A DNA stretch of 64,000 nucleotides from Prasinococcaceae sp. CCMP 1430 (lineage: Eukaryota; Plantae; Prasinodermophyta): assembly GCA_013416795.1 (NCBI GenBank), contig RQSC01000031.1, positions 358,573 to 422,572 on the forward strand, written 5' to 3'. The position numbers and the translations under genes were made by a program. The notes under the pieces were generated by a model. It had not been told where the DNA came from. It saw only the letters and a list, made by a program, of their open reading frames with translations, and did not search any database. Below, one piece after another: positions 10,954 to 22,296 of the stretch (the first letter of the stretch is position 1; each line of letters opens with the position of its first letter).

Positions 10954-11530
10954 CTGTGTGGATCCCCGCCCCTGCCACCTGCCGTGCGTGCCGTGCCCGA
11001 GCGAGGAGAGGCCGCCTGAGGGAGCGCCCCTCCCCGTGCCCACGGCGCGGCCGAGCGCCGCCCCCGTCCCTTTTCTCCTCCTTCCCTCCCTCTCCTCCCC
11101 CCTCTCCTTCCCTTCACTCGGTTCTGTTGAACTTCCCACCCCGCGCGCTCGCACTTCGCGTCCGCGCCCGACGCCCCGCGCGCGGTGTGGCGCGTCCGCG
11201 CACTGCTCCTGCTTCGCCGCTGGCGCGGCGGCCGCGCCACAAATAAATGTCGCGTCTGCCGTGCTGCTGCAGCGGCCAACTTCGGAATTTCCGGCAATTC
11301 GAATCCGCGCAGGGAGGCGGTCGTTGGGCCGCGCTCCCGTTCCCCGGGTCATCACCGCCTGCCTGTGCTCCCGCGCGCGCGGCGGCAGGTGCGCCAGGGG
11401 CGGGCCGGCCGGGGCACGCGGGCAGGGCAGGGCCGGGGAAGCGAAGAGAGGGGAGGCACACGTGCGCCGCGCGCCGCGCGCCGCACGCCGCGGGGTGGGC
11501 GACGCCAGCGGCGCGGCCGCGGGGGGTGCA

Positions 11531-14500
11531 GGCAGCGGCCGCAGCGGCGCATACCGCCACGGCAGCGCGCTCCGCCATGTCGATGATGAGGGGGAGGGCG
11601 AAGAGAGACGGGACTACTCGGGCTACGTCTACCAGTATGCCGACAAGGACGACGCGGGCGCCTCGGCACTCACGGACGATCCCGGGCCGCGCCCGTCGTC
11701 CTCGCGCGGTAGGTCCAGCAGGGGAAGCGTGACGAGAGGAATCGCCGGCGCCGCGCCAATCGCGATGGCGACCGCAAGCCTTGCTGGCAGCTTTCCACCC
11801 ACCAAACGCGCCAACGTGGGCAAGGTCGCCTCGGTGCTGGAGCCTGTTGCGCAGCGCAGTCTCGGCGAAGCCGGTGCCGGCGTGGCTGTCGGCAGCCGCG
11901 AGTGGCGGTCCCTTCGCGGCATTATCGGCTCGAGCGACAGCGATGGCGAGGCGGCGCGTGCCGAGGCGCGCCCGCGCTCGGCGCTGAGGCCGTCGCCGCA
12001 CTCGGCTTCGCCTCGGCTCTCGACGCCCTCGTCAACCGTGGAGGGCAGGGCCCCGCCTCAGGCTCCGAGGAATGAGCCGCGTCTGCCGCCCTCGCTCGCG
12101 GCGCTCCCAGCTGGGTCGGTTGCGCGCGAGGCAGCGCTCGTCGCTCTGATCGACGAGTACGAGTCCGCCGTCGAGGGGCTGGCGGCTGACCGCGAGCTGC
12201 TGAAGAGCGAGGTCGCGCGCGTGCTCGCCCTCGAGCGCGAGCGCTGCATACAGCTAAAGTCGGAGCGCGCGGAGAGGGAGGGCTTAGCCGAGCAGATGCG
12301 CGAGCTCAAGCGCGCTGTGCTGCAGGGCACCGGCGCGGAGTCTGTGGTCGACCAGCTGCGCTCCGAGAACGGCGTGCTCAAGCAACGGCTGCAGGAACAA
12401 ATAGAAGACGACGCCGGCGCGCGCCAGCGAAGCACCATCGCCGCCGCGCGCCGCGATGTTGAGAGAGGCGACGCGGGCATGGCGGACGGCGGCGAGGACA
12501 CCCGTGCAGCGCTCCAGGACGCGCGACGGCGCAACCAGGAGCTGCAAAAGGAGAACGCCATGCTGCAAGAGCGCGCGCTGAAGCTCCGCAGGCAGCAGCT
12601 GGTGCAAGATCAGGCCGTCGCTGCGAATGCCGCTGCAGTGCGTCGCGCTGAGGATGCGGAGGCGCGCGCGAGCGCGGCGGAGGCGTCTGCGAAGGCCGCG
12701 AACGAGGAGGCAAAGGCGGCGCTCGCTCACAGCGCGGACCACACGTCGTCGGTAGCCCGCGAGCGAGAGGACGACAAGGCGCAGCTCTGCTCTCTCGAGG
12801 CTAAGCTTGCGGCTGCGCTGTCGGACCTCCAGGCCGCGCAGGCAGACAGCATCGCCTTGCGCGAGCGCGCTGAAGCGGACGTCGGTGCGCGGAAGGAGCT
12901 CGAGGAGATCAACGAGCGCCTCGTGGAGGAGGCGCTCGCTTGCACAAACCTGGAGAGAGACATGCAGCGAGAGGCTCAGGCGCTTCGGGAGCAGCTGCAG
13001 GCCGCTGAGTGCGCTCGTGATCAGGCGTTAGAGGCGCGCGCCGAGTGTGATGCGAGATGCTGCGCCGCCGAGCGGGAGATCGACGGCATGCGCGAGAGGC
13101 TCGTCTGCGCGGAGAGAGACTCAGCGCAGACGGCTGAGACGCGCGTGAAGCTCGCTGAGGCAGACGCGGCGGTGACCGCGGCGAAACGAGAGCAATGGAA
13201 TCTTCAGCTCAAGCTCGAATCCGTCGCTCCCGAGCTCGCCAGGCTGGAAGAGGTCGCCCGGGAGGGGAGGATTGCCGCAGAGCGCGCAGAGCGCGATGCG
13301 GAAGACGCACGCGCAGAGTTGGCATCGGAGTTTCGAGAGCGGTTGCGCAAATTGCACTCCGACTCCGACGCGATGCGGGACGAGCTGAACGCCCTGAGCG
13401 CCGGCGCGACCAGGCAGGCCGCCGCGGCGCGTGCGCAGGCCGCAGAGGTGGCCCGGCGCGCAGCTACCGACGCAAGGCGCGCCGACGTCGCCGAGCAGCG
13501 GTGCATTGATGCGAGCGCCAAGCTCCAGCAGCAGGCTAGTACACTTCAGGAGACGATCGACACCCTCACGAGGGAGAAGGATTCTCTCGTCCGTGAGGTC
13601 AATGTGCGCTCGCAGGAGCTCGTGGACGAGCGCGGCGAGGGCGAGGCAAAGCGTCGCACGCTCACCAAGCGCGTCGAAGAGCTGGAGCGTCTCCTCTACA
13701 ACGCTACCAAGGAGAAAGAGGAGCTGATGGGCACTTTTCGCACCGAACGCAACGCTTGGAGTGATAGGCTGCGCGAGAGCAAGCTCAAGGTCGCACGGGA
13801 GGAAGCTGACCGCAAGAGCGCCGTAGCAGATATCGAGAAACAGCGCGACAGATCGAGCGAGAGAGCCGCCGAATTCGAGCGCGCTCTGCACGCGCAGCAG
13901 GCTGATTACTCTCGGCTCAAGGCTGAGCTGGACACGCTGGACCGGCAGCTCAAGGACGCGACCAGGGAGGCTGCGGACGCCAGGCGCGAGGCCACCCGAG
14001 CCAAGGCGGACGCGGACGCAGCGAGAGCAGAGAGGGCAAGCGCCGTCGCGATCGCAACGCAGCCGAAAGAGCGCTCCACTTCGAGCTCGGGCGCAGCTCG
14101 CGGCGACGCGCTCTCGCCGCGTGCGTCGCGTGGCAGCCAAGCGCCCATTGAGTCCGACCGCACGAGCGGCGGTCTCGCCGACGCGTACGCGGTGCCGGCC
14201 CGTCACGAGGACCGCGCGTACGTGCCGTCCGGGCCCCTCAACCCGACACATCAGGCTGCGTTGGCGTCCGACCGCTCGCAGACGAGTGCAGACGGCCCGG
14301 GCGCGCACTTCTCCTCCGAGCACGCTGCACCGTACGCACCTGCCTACGGGCAGGTGCACTCCCCCCACCACACCAATGCGCCCGCCCGCCCCTCGCTGAG
14401 CGTCACGCCGCACGGTCCGACCGCCCACGTTCCCCAGTACGCCCCTCCGACGCCCTCCGTGGCCGCCTCCGTGAGAGGTCATGCCGGCACGCCTGGATAC

Positions 14501-14878
14501 GTGCCTTCGGGGGCATCGCAGTACGCGCCACCCCCACCCTTCGTGCCCACAGGTTCGGGCTCTGCAGCCGCAGTTGCGCACGCGATGGCGAGCGCGCGGA
14601 GCGTGGGCTCATCCGCGCCTAGCAGCGCCCGGCTCGGCAGCTACGCGCCGCCGCCGAGCGCCGCGCAAGTCGCGCCCAGCATGGGCCCGTACGCGCCCGC
14701 TTCGGAGTCCTGGGGAGCGCCCGGTCAGTTTGCTCACCGGCCCGCGGCTGCGCAGTTCTCCGCCAGGAGCGTCGGGAGCGCCGGCGGATACGAGCCCCCG
14801 GGTGGCGCCTCGTTCGCGCCGCCTCCGCATGCCTCCACGCCTCCGCACGGCATCGCGCCGCTCAACCTGATTGGATGA
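11531..14878 (+). CDS. Large coiled-coil protein with Pro/Ala/Tyr-rich low-complexity C-terminus; 5' end uncertain
   Basis: Long E/R/A/L heptad region at about 12130-14060 followed by YAPP/YVP repeats. There is a candidate acceptor (GTGCAG) at 11530 and an in-frame ATG at 11764. No family recognised. Confidence 0.65.
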   Translation, partial: GSGRSGAYRHGSALRHVDDEGEGEERRDYSGYVYQYADKDDAGASALTDDPGPRPSSSRGRSSRGSVTRGIAGAAPIAMATASLAGSFPPTKRANVGKVASVLEPVAQRSLGEAGAGVAVGSREWRSLRGIIGSSDSDGEAARAEARPRSALRPSPHSASPRLSTPSSTVEGRAPPQAPRNEPRLPPSLAALPAGSVAREAALVALIDEYESAVEGLAADRELLKSEVARVLALERERCIQLKSERAEREGLAEQMRELKRAVLQGTGAESVVDQLRSENGVLKQRLQEQIEDDAGARQRSTIAAARRDVERGDAGMADGGEDTRAALQDARRRNQELQKENAMLQERALKLRRQQLVQDQAVAANAAAVRRAEDAEARASAAEASAKAANEEAKAALAHSADHTSSVAREREDDKAQLCSLEAKLAAALSDLQAAQADSIALRERAEADVGARKELEEINERLVEEALACTNLERDMQREAQALREQLQAAECARDQALEARAECDARCCAAEREIDGMRERLVCAERDSAQTAETRVKLAEADAAVTAAKREQWNLQLKLESVAPELARLEEVAREGRIAAERAERDAEDARAELASEFRERLRKLHSDSDAMRDELNALSAGATRQAAAARAQAAEVARRAATDARRADVAEQRCIDASAKLQQQASTLQETIDTLTREKDSLVREVNVRSQELVDERGEGEAKRRTLTKRVEELERLLYNATKEKEELMGTFRTERNAWSDRLRESKLKVAREEADRKSAVADIEKQRDRSSERAAEFERALHAQQADYSRLKAELDTLDRQLKDATREAADARREATRAKADADAARAERASAVAIATQPKERSTSSSGAARGDALSPRASRGSQAPIESDRTSGGLADAYAVPARHEDRAYVPSGPLNPTHQAALASDRSQTSADGPGAHFSSEHAAPYAPAYGQVHSPHHTNAPARPSLSVTPHGPTAHVPQYAPPTPSVAASVRGHAGTPGYVPSGASQYAPPPPFVPTGSGSAAAVAHAMASARSVGSSAPSSARLGSYAPPPSAAQVAPSMGPYAPASESWGAPGQFAHRPAAAQFSARSVGSAGGYEPPGGASFAPPPHASTPPHGIAPLNLIG

Positions 14879-14911
14879 GGCGCGCAGGGTGTGCAAACAT
14901 TTATAAAGAAA

Positions 14912-15920
14912 TTATCGCTCCAGGCGCGGCGGCAGCACGGGCAGCGCGATCTCCGCGGCGCGCTCCGAGAAGCACAGCGCACTGGCGTCGACGAGAAGCT
15001 TGGACACGTCGATCGATCCAGCTATGCCCTGCACGAGCTTGAGCATTTCATCGAAGTCCAGACCGTTGCTGATGATGTCGCGCTTGTGCCACCTCAGCAC
15101 GGCGACGCAGCAGAACAGGACGAAGTCGTCGCGCGGCCCGCTCCAGAGCGCGTCCCAAAACCGCAGGACGTCGCCATAGCGCAGCTCGCGCTTGAACAGG
15201 CACAGCACCCACCGGAAGGCGAAGAAAAAGTTCAGGCAGTCCGCGTTCGCCAGGTGGTCGTGCAGCGCCGGGTCGAGCACCTGCAGCATGTTGCTCAGGT
15301 GGCGCAACTTCACGTGCATGCCGGTCTGGTCCGCGTCGAAGTTGCTGCCAACGATTTGCATCAGGCGATCGAAGCACCAGAACGTCTCGCTCTCGATGTC
15401 GTCGGTGCCCTCGTCGCCCTCGCCCACCAGGCACTCGGATCCGGCGAGCACCACGATCAGTGGCGACAGCAGATCGGACATGCCCTGGCAGTAACCGAGA
15501 TCGAAGTTGTACATCAGGTACGACATCAGAATCCTCTTCATCATCTTTGAGTACTCCGAGTTGTCCGCCTTGAAGAGCGGGTGGCGACGATCGGTGCGAG
15601 GGACGTCCTTGTCGATGCGATGTTTCATGTCGCGGAAGCCGGACCAGCGCGACTCCTGCGCTGGGGAGACGGACTGCCACTGGCCGCGCAGCGCGAGGTA
15701 CTCGCGCCTGCGGCCGGCGCGGGCGGCGTGGAGCTCCTCCGCCGTGTCGTCCGGCGAGTGGAGCCCCAACAGGAGCGGCCACGCCATGGCGCGCACCTCC
15801 GCAGCGATGCCACCCTTGAACGCGCGGTCTCGCAGCGCGTCGATGTCAGTGAGCCTCCCGCTCGGGTCCAGCATCGCCTCCCACTCGCTCAGGCCGAGCG
15901 GCGGGGGCGGGGGCGGCGAG
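14912..15920 (-). CDS. TBC-domain Rab GTPase-activating protein (TBC1D15/17, Gyp7-like); N-terminus apparently missing
   Basis: PPLGLSEWEAMLDPSGRL...GGIAAEVRAMAWPLLLG, IDKDVPRTDR (arginine finger), GYCQGMSDL (glutamine finger), FFAFRWVLCLFKREL. Confidence 0.93.
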
Positions 15921-15921
15921 G

Positions 15922-17400
15922 ATGGTCGCCGGCGCCGCCGCGCAGGCGTTCGAGTGGACGACGGTGGCGCTGATCGCCGCCTGTCTCTCGTTCCTGCTGG
16001 GCGTGGCGCTGGTGTCGGCGCGCGCGCACGTGTCCATCCGCCGCTCGAGCCCCGAGCTCATGGACTTCGACGCGCTGTGGTGGGCGCGCTGCGCGCTGCA
16101 GCTGGCGGCGCTCGCGTGGGCCGCCGCGCAGCTGCTGCCGCTGCAGGTGCTGTGGGGCACGCCGGGCCTCTTCTCCAGCCTGACGCCCGCGTGGCAGTCC
16201 AACCTGTGCCGCGTCTATCTCATCCTGTCCTTCGGCGTCGCCGAGCCGCTGTTCATCACGCTGGCGCTGCTCGTCACGCGGCGCGCCGTCGCGCTCTCGC
16301 CGGCGGTGGCGCAGCGCTCGGCGGCGCGCCTGGTGTACGTCTCGCTCCTGTACGCGCTGCCCATCTGCGTGGTGCAGACGGCCATCGCGCTGTACGACCT
16401 CGGCGACAACCCGGTCGAGGGGCCCATCGACGACAATCTCAGCGACGACTTCGTGCACAGCTTCCAGTACGGTGCGGTCTCGCGCCCTCCCCACCTTCCC
16501 CCCCACCCACACTCGACACCCGCTGGCCTCGCCGTTCCCGACCCCCGCCTCGCCGACCCCTCCGCCCCACCGCCTCGCGCCTCGCTGACCCCCACTACAC
16601 CTCGCTGCCCCACGCCACCACCAACAACAACAACGACAACGACCGACACGACCACACACACCCCCCAAAAAAAACGCACGCACGCACGCACGCGCGCGGA
16701 ATGCGCAGGCTTCTGCTCCGGCGCGGAGGGCACGGACCAGTGCGCCGCGCCGCCCTCCCCCCCCACCCAAGCAGGCCAGAAGCTGTTTACCCCTCCCCTC
16801 CAGGGCACCTCCTCCCATCTGTCGCGCCAGCAGGCGGGCGACGGCGACTGCCCCGAGGGCGGCAGCGGCTGCTGCTGCGCGTTTTGCACGGTGCCGCTCT
16901 TCTCGACCATCGCCAGCGCGGTGCACGTCCTGCTGTGGCTGGTGGGGCTGACGCTGGTCTCCATGCAGCTCGCGCGGCTCGTGGTCAACCGCGCGCTGCT
17001 CAAGCGGCTGCGCACGCTGCAAATTCTGCTGAGCGTGTCCCTGGTGGCGGGGCTCTGCGTGCGGCTGGGGCGCGCGTTCACCACGCCGGGCTCGGCGGGG
17101 TCCACCACGCTCGGGCTGGTGTACGCCGGCTGCGTGATCGTCGCGACGGTGGGCGGCGTGGTCATCCTGGCGCTGCGGCCGGTGATGGACGCCACCGCGC
17201 TGGTCGGCGTGCTCCGCCGCGAGGACGCCGAGCAGCGCCTGCTCTCGGGGTCGGGCTTCGTCGGCGAGACCCCCCTGCGAGGGCCCGACTGGCTCGCGCT
17301 GGCCGACCCGGACAGCGCGCCCGCGAGCGCCAGGGTGCAGCCGCGGGGCGCCGACGGCGACGCGGAGAAGGCGGCGGGCGAGGGCGCGGCGCGGCAGGAG
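15922..17400 (+). CDS. Plant CAND1 (At1g57680)-like seven-transmembrane candidate GPCR; in-frame intron about 16472-16708; no stop codon seen
   Basis: AFEWTTVAL, WWARCALQ, WQSNLCRVYLILSFGVAEPLFITL, LLYALPICVVQ, CTVPLFSTI, LVVNRALLKRLRTL and LRPVMDATAL correspond in order to CAND1 motifs (WQENVCKWYIVSNLGFAEP, CTYPLLSTI, LVINKRLQKRVYTL, FPVSDSMAL). Confidence 0.8.
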
Positions 17401-17490
17401 GCGCGAGTGGCGCGGCGCCCGCGGGGGGGCCGAGACCCTCGCCGCGCCGGAAAGAAAGCGCCGCGCGCCGCTCGCCCCGGCGGCGCGACC

Positions 17491-19464
17491 ATGGGCTTGG
17501 TGTGCTCTCGAGGGCGCCCGAACGACGTGCTGCCCGACGGCAATGGCGCGTCGACGTCCGGTGCGGGCGGCCGGCGCAGGACGTGGGGCGACGCCGACGG
17601 CGCTGTGCAGCAGCTGCAGCAGCTGCAGCAGCAGCTGCCTGCGCCCGCCGAGCAGTGCGTGCACTCGCTCGTGTTGCGACGGCGCTCGCTGAGCGCCGAG
17701 GGCGCCCAGGGCGCGCGCAAGGCGAGCATGGCGGGGGTGGTGGCGGCCGGCGCACGCGCCGAGCCCGACGGCCACGGCGGCGACGAAGGGGGCGGCGGGA
17801 TTCCGACGCTCCTCGCTCTCGCCGTGCGCTCGATAGCATCCACGCTCGAGTCCGGCGGGGCCGACATGTCGAGCCTGGATTGCAACTGCCAGCAGAGCGT
17901 CTTCGACGAGCTCGCGGCGCGCGAAGGGGGCGTCACCCCGAGGACGTTGGCTGCGTTCTCGGCGCACGCGCTCGAGGAAGTGGCCCTGATGCCGGGCCCA
18001 GAGGCGCTGGCGAGCGGCGGTGCCGACCACTGGGGATACGACGCGGCGCTGTGCCGACAGACGCGCGTGCTGCGAATGCGCGCCGCCGCGTGCGGCGCGC
18101 TGGACGGCTTCCGCTTCCTCTCGTGCATGCCGCATCTGCAGGAGCTCGACCTGTCGTACACGCGCGTCGGCGACGCGGACATCGCCGGCCTGCGCGGCGC
18201 GCGCGCGCTCCAGCGCCTGGCGCTGCGAGGCTGCGGCGAGCTGACGGGGACTTTCGTTGAGGCGCTGCCGGGTGACGCGCTTCGGGAGCTCGACCTGCAG
18301 GAGTGTGCGAACTTCAGTGCGTCGCTTCACGGCCTCGCGCGGCTCCAGCAGCTCGCCGTGCTGAACCTAGGGTGGTGCCGGGGGGTGGGCGTGGAGGCCA
18401 TGTGGGCCGTAGGCCAGCTGCGGCAGCTTCGCGCGCTGCAGCTGAGCGGCACGGACTGCACGGACGCCGGCCTGGCGCACCTCGTGTCGTCGCTGGGCGA
18501 GGGAGAGGTCAGCTCGCTCGAGCAGCTTTCGCTCGCCAGATGCAAGGAGCTCAGCGACGACTCGATGAAGGACACAGTGTCAAAGCTGCTGCGCCTGCGT
18601 CTGCTGGACGTGCGCTGGTGCACCGGTATCGCGGACGACGGATTCGAGGCGCTCGCGTCCCTTGACGCGCTGGAGTCGCTCAACTGCGGCGGCTCCTCGA
18701 TCGACGATAGGGGGCTGGCCGCGCTCGCGTCGGTGCACAGCCTGCGTGCACTGTCTGTGGACACCTGCCGACTCTGCGACAAGGGCTTCACCGCCCTGCA
18801 TGGCATGCCGAACCTCGAGCTGCTGTCGGCGGCGGACACGTTCATCGGCGATGCCGGCCTCGCGGCACTCTCGCGCTGCCCGCGGCTCACGTCGCTGAAC
18901 GTGAGCCACAGCTCACAGGTGACCGACATCGGCATTATTCATTTAGCGGAACGAGCGACCCAGCTGAGGTGCTTGGAGGCCGACACGCGTCACATCAGCA
19001 ATGACGGATTGGAGGCCATTGGCAAGCTGAGCGAGCTTACCGAGCTTGGCCTCTTCGGCGCGCAAGTGACTGATGCGGGTGCCATGCATCTTTCCAAGCT
19101 CTCCAAGCTGCGCCGCCTGGAGCTGTGCGGCGGGGGGCTGTCCAATACCACGTGTGCTGTCATCGGGCGCTGCCTGCGGCAGCTCGAGAGCCTGAACCTG
19201 TCCAACAACGACCGTGTGAATGACTCTGGCGTGAGCCTGCTCGTCAATCTGACGAGGCTACGCGTCCTCAACCTGACACATTCGCGAATTTCAGCTGCTG
19301 GCGTCGAGCACCTCGCGAAGATGCCATCGCTCGAGATGCTCGTGCTGTATGAGTGCCCGATGCTGGGGAAGCGGGTCGTGAGCAAGCTCGTGAAGCAGGC
19401 CATGAAGGCTACAGACACGCCGGCGAGGCGACGAGAGCTCTTCGTCAAGATCGAAGACGCTTGA
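17491..19464 (+). CDS. RNI-like/AMN1-type leucine-rich repeat protein, At1g15740-like, with N-terminal MGxxCS acylation motif
   Basis: MGLVCSRGR, then PTLLALAVRSI...QQSVFDEL...TLAAF, then about 16 LRRs (LxxLxLxxCxxxTDxGLxxL). Stop TGA at 19464, TGTAA at 19490. Confidence 0.85.
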   Translation: MGLVCSRGRPNDVLPDGNGASTSGAGGRRRTWGDADGAVQQLQQLQQQLPAPAEQCVHSLVLRRRSLSAEGAQGARKASMAGVVAAGARAEPDGHGGDEGGGGIPTLLALAVRSIASTLESGGADMSSLDCNCQQSVFDELAAREGGVTPRTLAAFSAHALEEVALMPGPEALASGGADHWGYDAALCRQTRVLRMRAAACGALDGFRFLSCMPHLQELDLSYTRVGDADIAGLRGARALQRLALRGCGELTGTFVEALPGDALRELDLQECANFSASLHGLARLQQLAVLNLGWCRGVGVEAMWAVGQLRQLRALQLSGTDCTDAGLAHLVSSLGEGEVSSLEQLSLARCKELSDDSMKDTVSKLLRLRLLDVRWCTGIADDGFEALASLDALESLNCGGSSIDDRGLAALASVHSLRALSVDTCRLCDKGFTALHGMPNLELLSAADTFIGDAGLAALSRCPRLTSLNVSHSSQVTDIGIIHLAERATQLRCLEADTRHISNDGLEAIGKLSELTELGLFGAQVTDAGAMHLSKLSKLRRLELCGGGLSNTTCAVIGRCLRQLESLNLSNNDRVNDSGVSLLVNLTRLRVLNLTHSRISAAGVEHLAKMPSLEMLVLYECPMLGKRVVSKLVKQAMKATDTPARRRELFVKIEDA

Positions 19465-19765
19465 TGAAGGAGCCGTGCACCACCACTTTTGTAACGAAGG
19501 ACCGCCCCAGTGTGGGCTAGAGTACGCCTGTCCAACGCCGCGAGCAACCCACACATCCAAAGAACACGCCATTTTTTGTTTCTCCGCCTTTTCCCTTTTC
19601 CTTTCTTGTTGACGATTTTTTTTTTTGGAGTTTTCCTCTCCCTGCCGCGGCCTCGGTTCCCCCGAGGGCCCGGACGGCAAGCGGCGCGTTGGGTGGGTGG
19701 GCCGGCTGAAGTGGCACGGTGCGCGAGTGTGCTGCGGTGATGGTGTCGGAGGTGTGTGGAGGGGT

Positions 19766-21028
19766 ATGGCAGAGTGCGCGGCGCTGGAGCGCGCGCGTGG
19801 CGAGCCGGCGCGAGGCATGGAAGCGGACGATGGGCCTGTAATCGACGACATCGACGAGGACGAGCGGCCGCCGCCGCCGCTGCGCGAGCGGCCTCCACTG
19901 TGGGAGCTCTGCACGGGCGGCTCGCGCGAGGTGGCTGTGCGCGCGCACGCCGCTGTCGCTGCCGCAGACGAAATGCTCGCGCTGGCGCCTGAGCACGAGG
20001 CGGCGATGCTGCAGCGCGCGGAGGGCATGCTGGGGCTCGGGCGCGCGGAGGAGGCCCTCGCCATCACCACGGACGCGCCGCCCTCGCACGAGTCGCTCTA
20101 CCTGCGCGCCGAGGCGCTGTGCGCGCTGTGTGACCTGCCGCGCGCTGCAAAAATGCTGCAGAGCGCGCTACGGCTGGAACCGCGGAGCGCGAAGGTCGTA
20201 GCAGCTGCCGAGCGAGTCGGGTGGATGCTCGAGGACGACTGGGCCACCAAGGAGCAGGTGGAGGCGGAAAATTGGCGGCTGGTTGTCGAGCTCACCACAG
20301 TTGGCCTCGGCCGACCGAGGTGCGAGCCGCATGGCACGCACCACGCGATGCTGCGAGAGCGGCGAGCGGTGGCACGCATGCACCTCTCGCAGCCAAACGC
20401 GGCCATGGAGGATGTGGACGCGGCGGTGGCGCTCGCACCCCGGTTCGTTGCCGCAAGGATGCTTCGCGCCAAGCTGCTCACGGCTATCGGGCGCAACGAG
20501 GCAGCGTTCCTGGACTATCGAGCGGTGCACGCTGCCGCACCACACACTGATAATATCATAGGCCTCATGTGCGACGCAGCAAAGGGCACGCTGCGAGACG
20601 AGGCTGGTCTGAAGGTGAGGGACGTGCGCACGAGCCCGGGTGCTTGCGCTGCGCCGACCTCGCTCGCGGCAACGGCGTGCGGTGCTCGCTCAGGCGCTCC
20701 CTCGAGCTCACCGCAGCAAAAACCGCGTCGCTGCCTCCCTCTCGTGCGCGCGCGTCTCATGCGCGGCCGGTGCTCGTAGCGACGGACGAGGCAGGACGTG
20801 AGTGCCGGCGACTACTATGACCTGCTGGGCGTGTCTGCTGATACGAGCATCGACTCGATCAAGAAGGCGTACCGCAGGCTCGTGATGAAGCTGCACCCGG
20901 ACAAGACGGCACGCCTGCCGGAGGACAAGCGCGCTGAAGCGGAGGCTATGTTCAAGCGCGTCAGCAAGGCATACGACGTGCTGGTCGATCCCGATGAGCG
21001 CGCCGCGTACGACCGCTCGGTGGCGTGA
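19766..21028 (+). CDS. TPR-repeat protein with C-terminal J-domain (DnaJ co-chaperone); intron about 20615-20794
   Basis: TPR-like helices ([37 protein letters not shown]). A GTGAGG donor and GCAG acceptor join them to DYYDLLGV...[16 protein letters not shown]...[21 protein letters not shown]. Confidence 0.88.
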
Positions 21029-21116
21029 GGAGTAGCTTCTCCTCTGCGGCGGGCATCAAGTATGTTGTACATGACATGTATTAGTACAGTACAAATATTA
21101 CGCCCGCGTCCGCGTA

Positions 21117-21955
21117 TCAGCGGACGGTGCTGTACGGCGTCTCAAAGGACATCACGTGGCCGAGAGCGCGCGTGAGTGGCTGCCGCGGGCCGTACACCTT
21201 CACTTGTCGCATGTGTGTGTCGCGCCCGTTCTGGTGGTTGGACAGAATTGCCAGCTGCAGGAAGTAGGCGCGTAGGCACTCGTTGGTGTCGTCCGTGCAC
21301 AGGCTCGTGGTCACCCATCCAACAGGCTCCTCCAGCTCGATGACTTTGACCTCGCGCAGGTCTGCGAACGAGTTGCCCGCCCGAACCGAGATCTTGTTGG
21401 GCGTATAGCTCTCGTCGTGCTTGTAGTCCGCGTAGATGCTCAGCCCCGCCATGCGCACCTGTACGTCCGATCAGACGGCGTTCGCATCGGCGCGCCTCGC
21501 GGTCAGCGCAGGCCGAGCCGAGACTCTAGGCGCGGCGCGGCAGCCGCGCGCATGTCGGCGCGCGTGCGCGCGAGCGTGTCTGCTGTGTGTGTGAGTGTGT
21601 GAGAGTGTGTGTGTAGGGGGCGGAGCTCGCAGCGGCAGCGGCCCCCGCCGCGCATCGCCCCGGCCCCCGACTTTCCCCCGACGATCGGACGCACTTTTCT
21701 CTGGAACTGTATGTTGACGAGGTGTGGCTGCGCGCCGTCGGATTGCCAGTACGTGTCGAGGTTGTCGTCGCGCAGCAGCTCGACGCCGTTGCCCGGCTTG
21801 GCGCTCGTGACGGACCACACCGCGAGCGCACCGATCTCGCGCCGCACGCGTGTGTCCTCTTCGAGCGTGGGCGTGACGCGCACGTTCGCAGGCGCCGGCG
21901 TCGCGCCGCCACCTGCCGCCGCCACGCCACCCTCTGCCGCACCCTCCTCCTCCAT
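21117..21955 (-). CDS. APC10: Anaphase-promoting complex subunit 10 (DOC1); intron 21459-21694
   Basis: [49 protein letters not shown]|VRM...[14 protein letters not shown]...[18 protein letters not shown]. Confidence 0.97.
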
Positions 21956-22243
21956 GGCGCTGCGGCGCGCCCCCCCCCCTCCCCCCGCGCGGCCGCCTCG
22001 CTCGCGCTGTGGCGCCCGCGTTCGAACCGCGCTGGGCTGCGAACACGGCCCTGCGCGCGGAGCACCGGAACGGCTCAAGGTTGGATGCGAGGTTTTGAGA
22101 AAGAAAGTGAACCACAAAACGATGAAACCCAAAGGCTGCTCGAGCTTGATGCTTTCTGGTGTGCCACTATGGAACCGCGATCCAAACCGCAACCCCTCGT
22201 TGACATCTGATGTTCTCATCAGGCGCCGCGACGGCGGGCGGGG

Positions 22244-22261
22244 TGGGCCCGTTTTAGGGTT
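22244..22261. promoter_or_regulatory. Site II-like motif (TGGGCC) next to a telo-box (TTAGGGTT) in the APC10/SmD2 divergent promoter
   Basis: Sequence gtgggcccgttttagggtt lies about 35 bp upstream of the SmD2 ATG. The site II plus telo-box pairing is established for plant translation and RNA-processing genes. Confidence 0.5.
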
Positions 22262-22296
22262 ACTTCGGAGGCGGCGGCCGCTCCGGGGAGGGCGCG

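Noticed and set aside
10145-11530. First about 460 aa of the 1577-aa plus-strand ORF
   Set aside because: It is the antisense of the REC114-like gene plus the divergent promoter, not part of the coiled-coil protein.
16621-16690. CAA/CAC repeats encoding a poly-Thr stretch in the 7TM ORF; also (TG)n at about 21586 and (CT)n at about 63086
   Set aside because: These lie inside predicted introns and are ordinary microsatellites.
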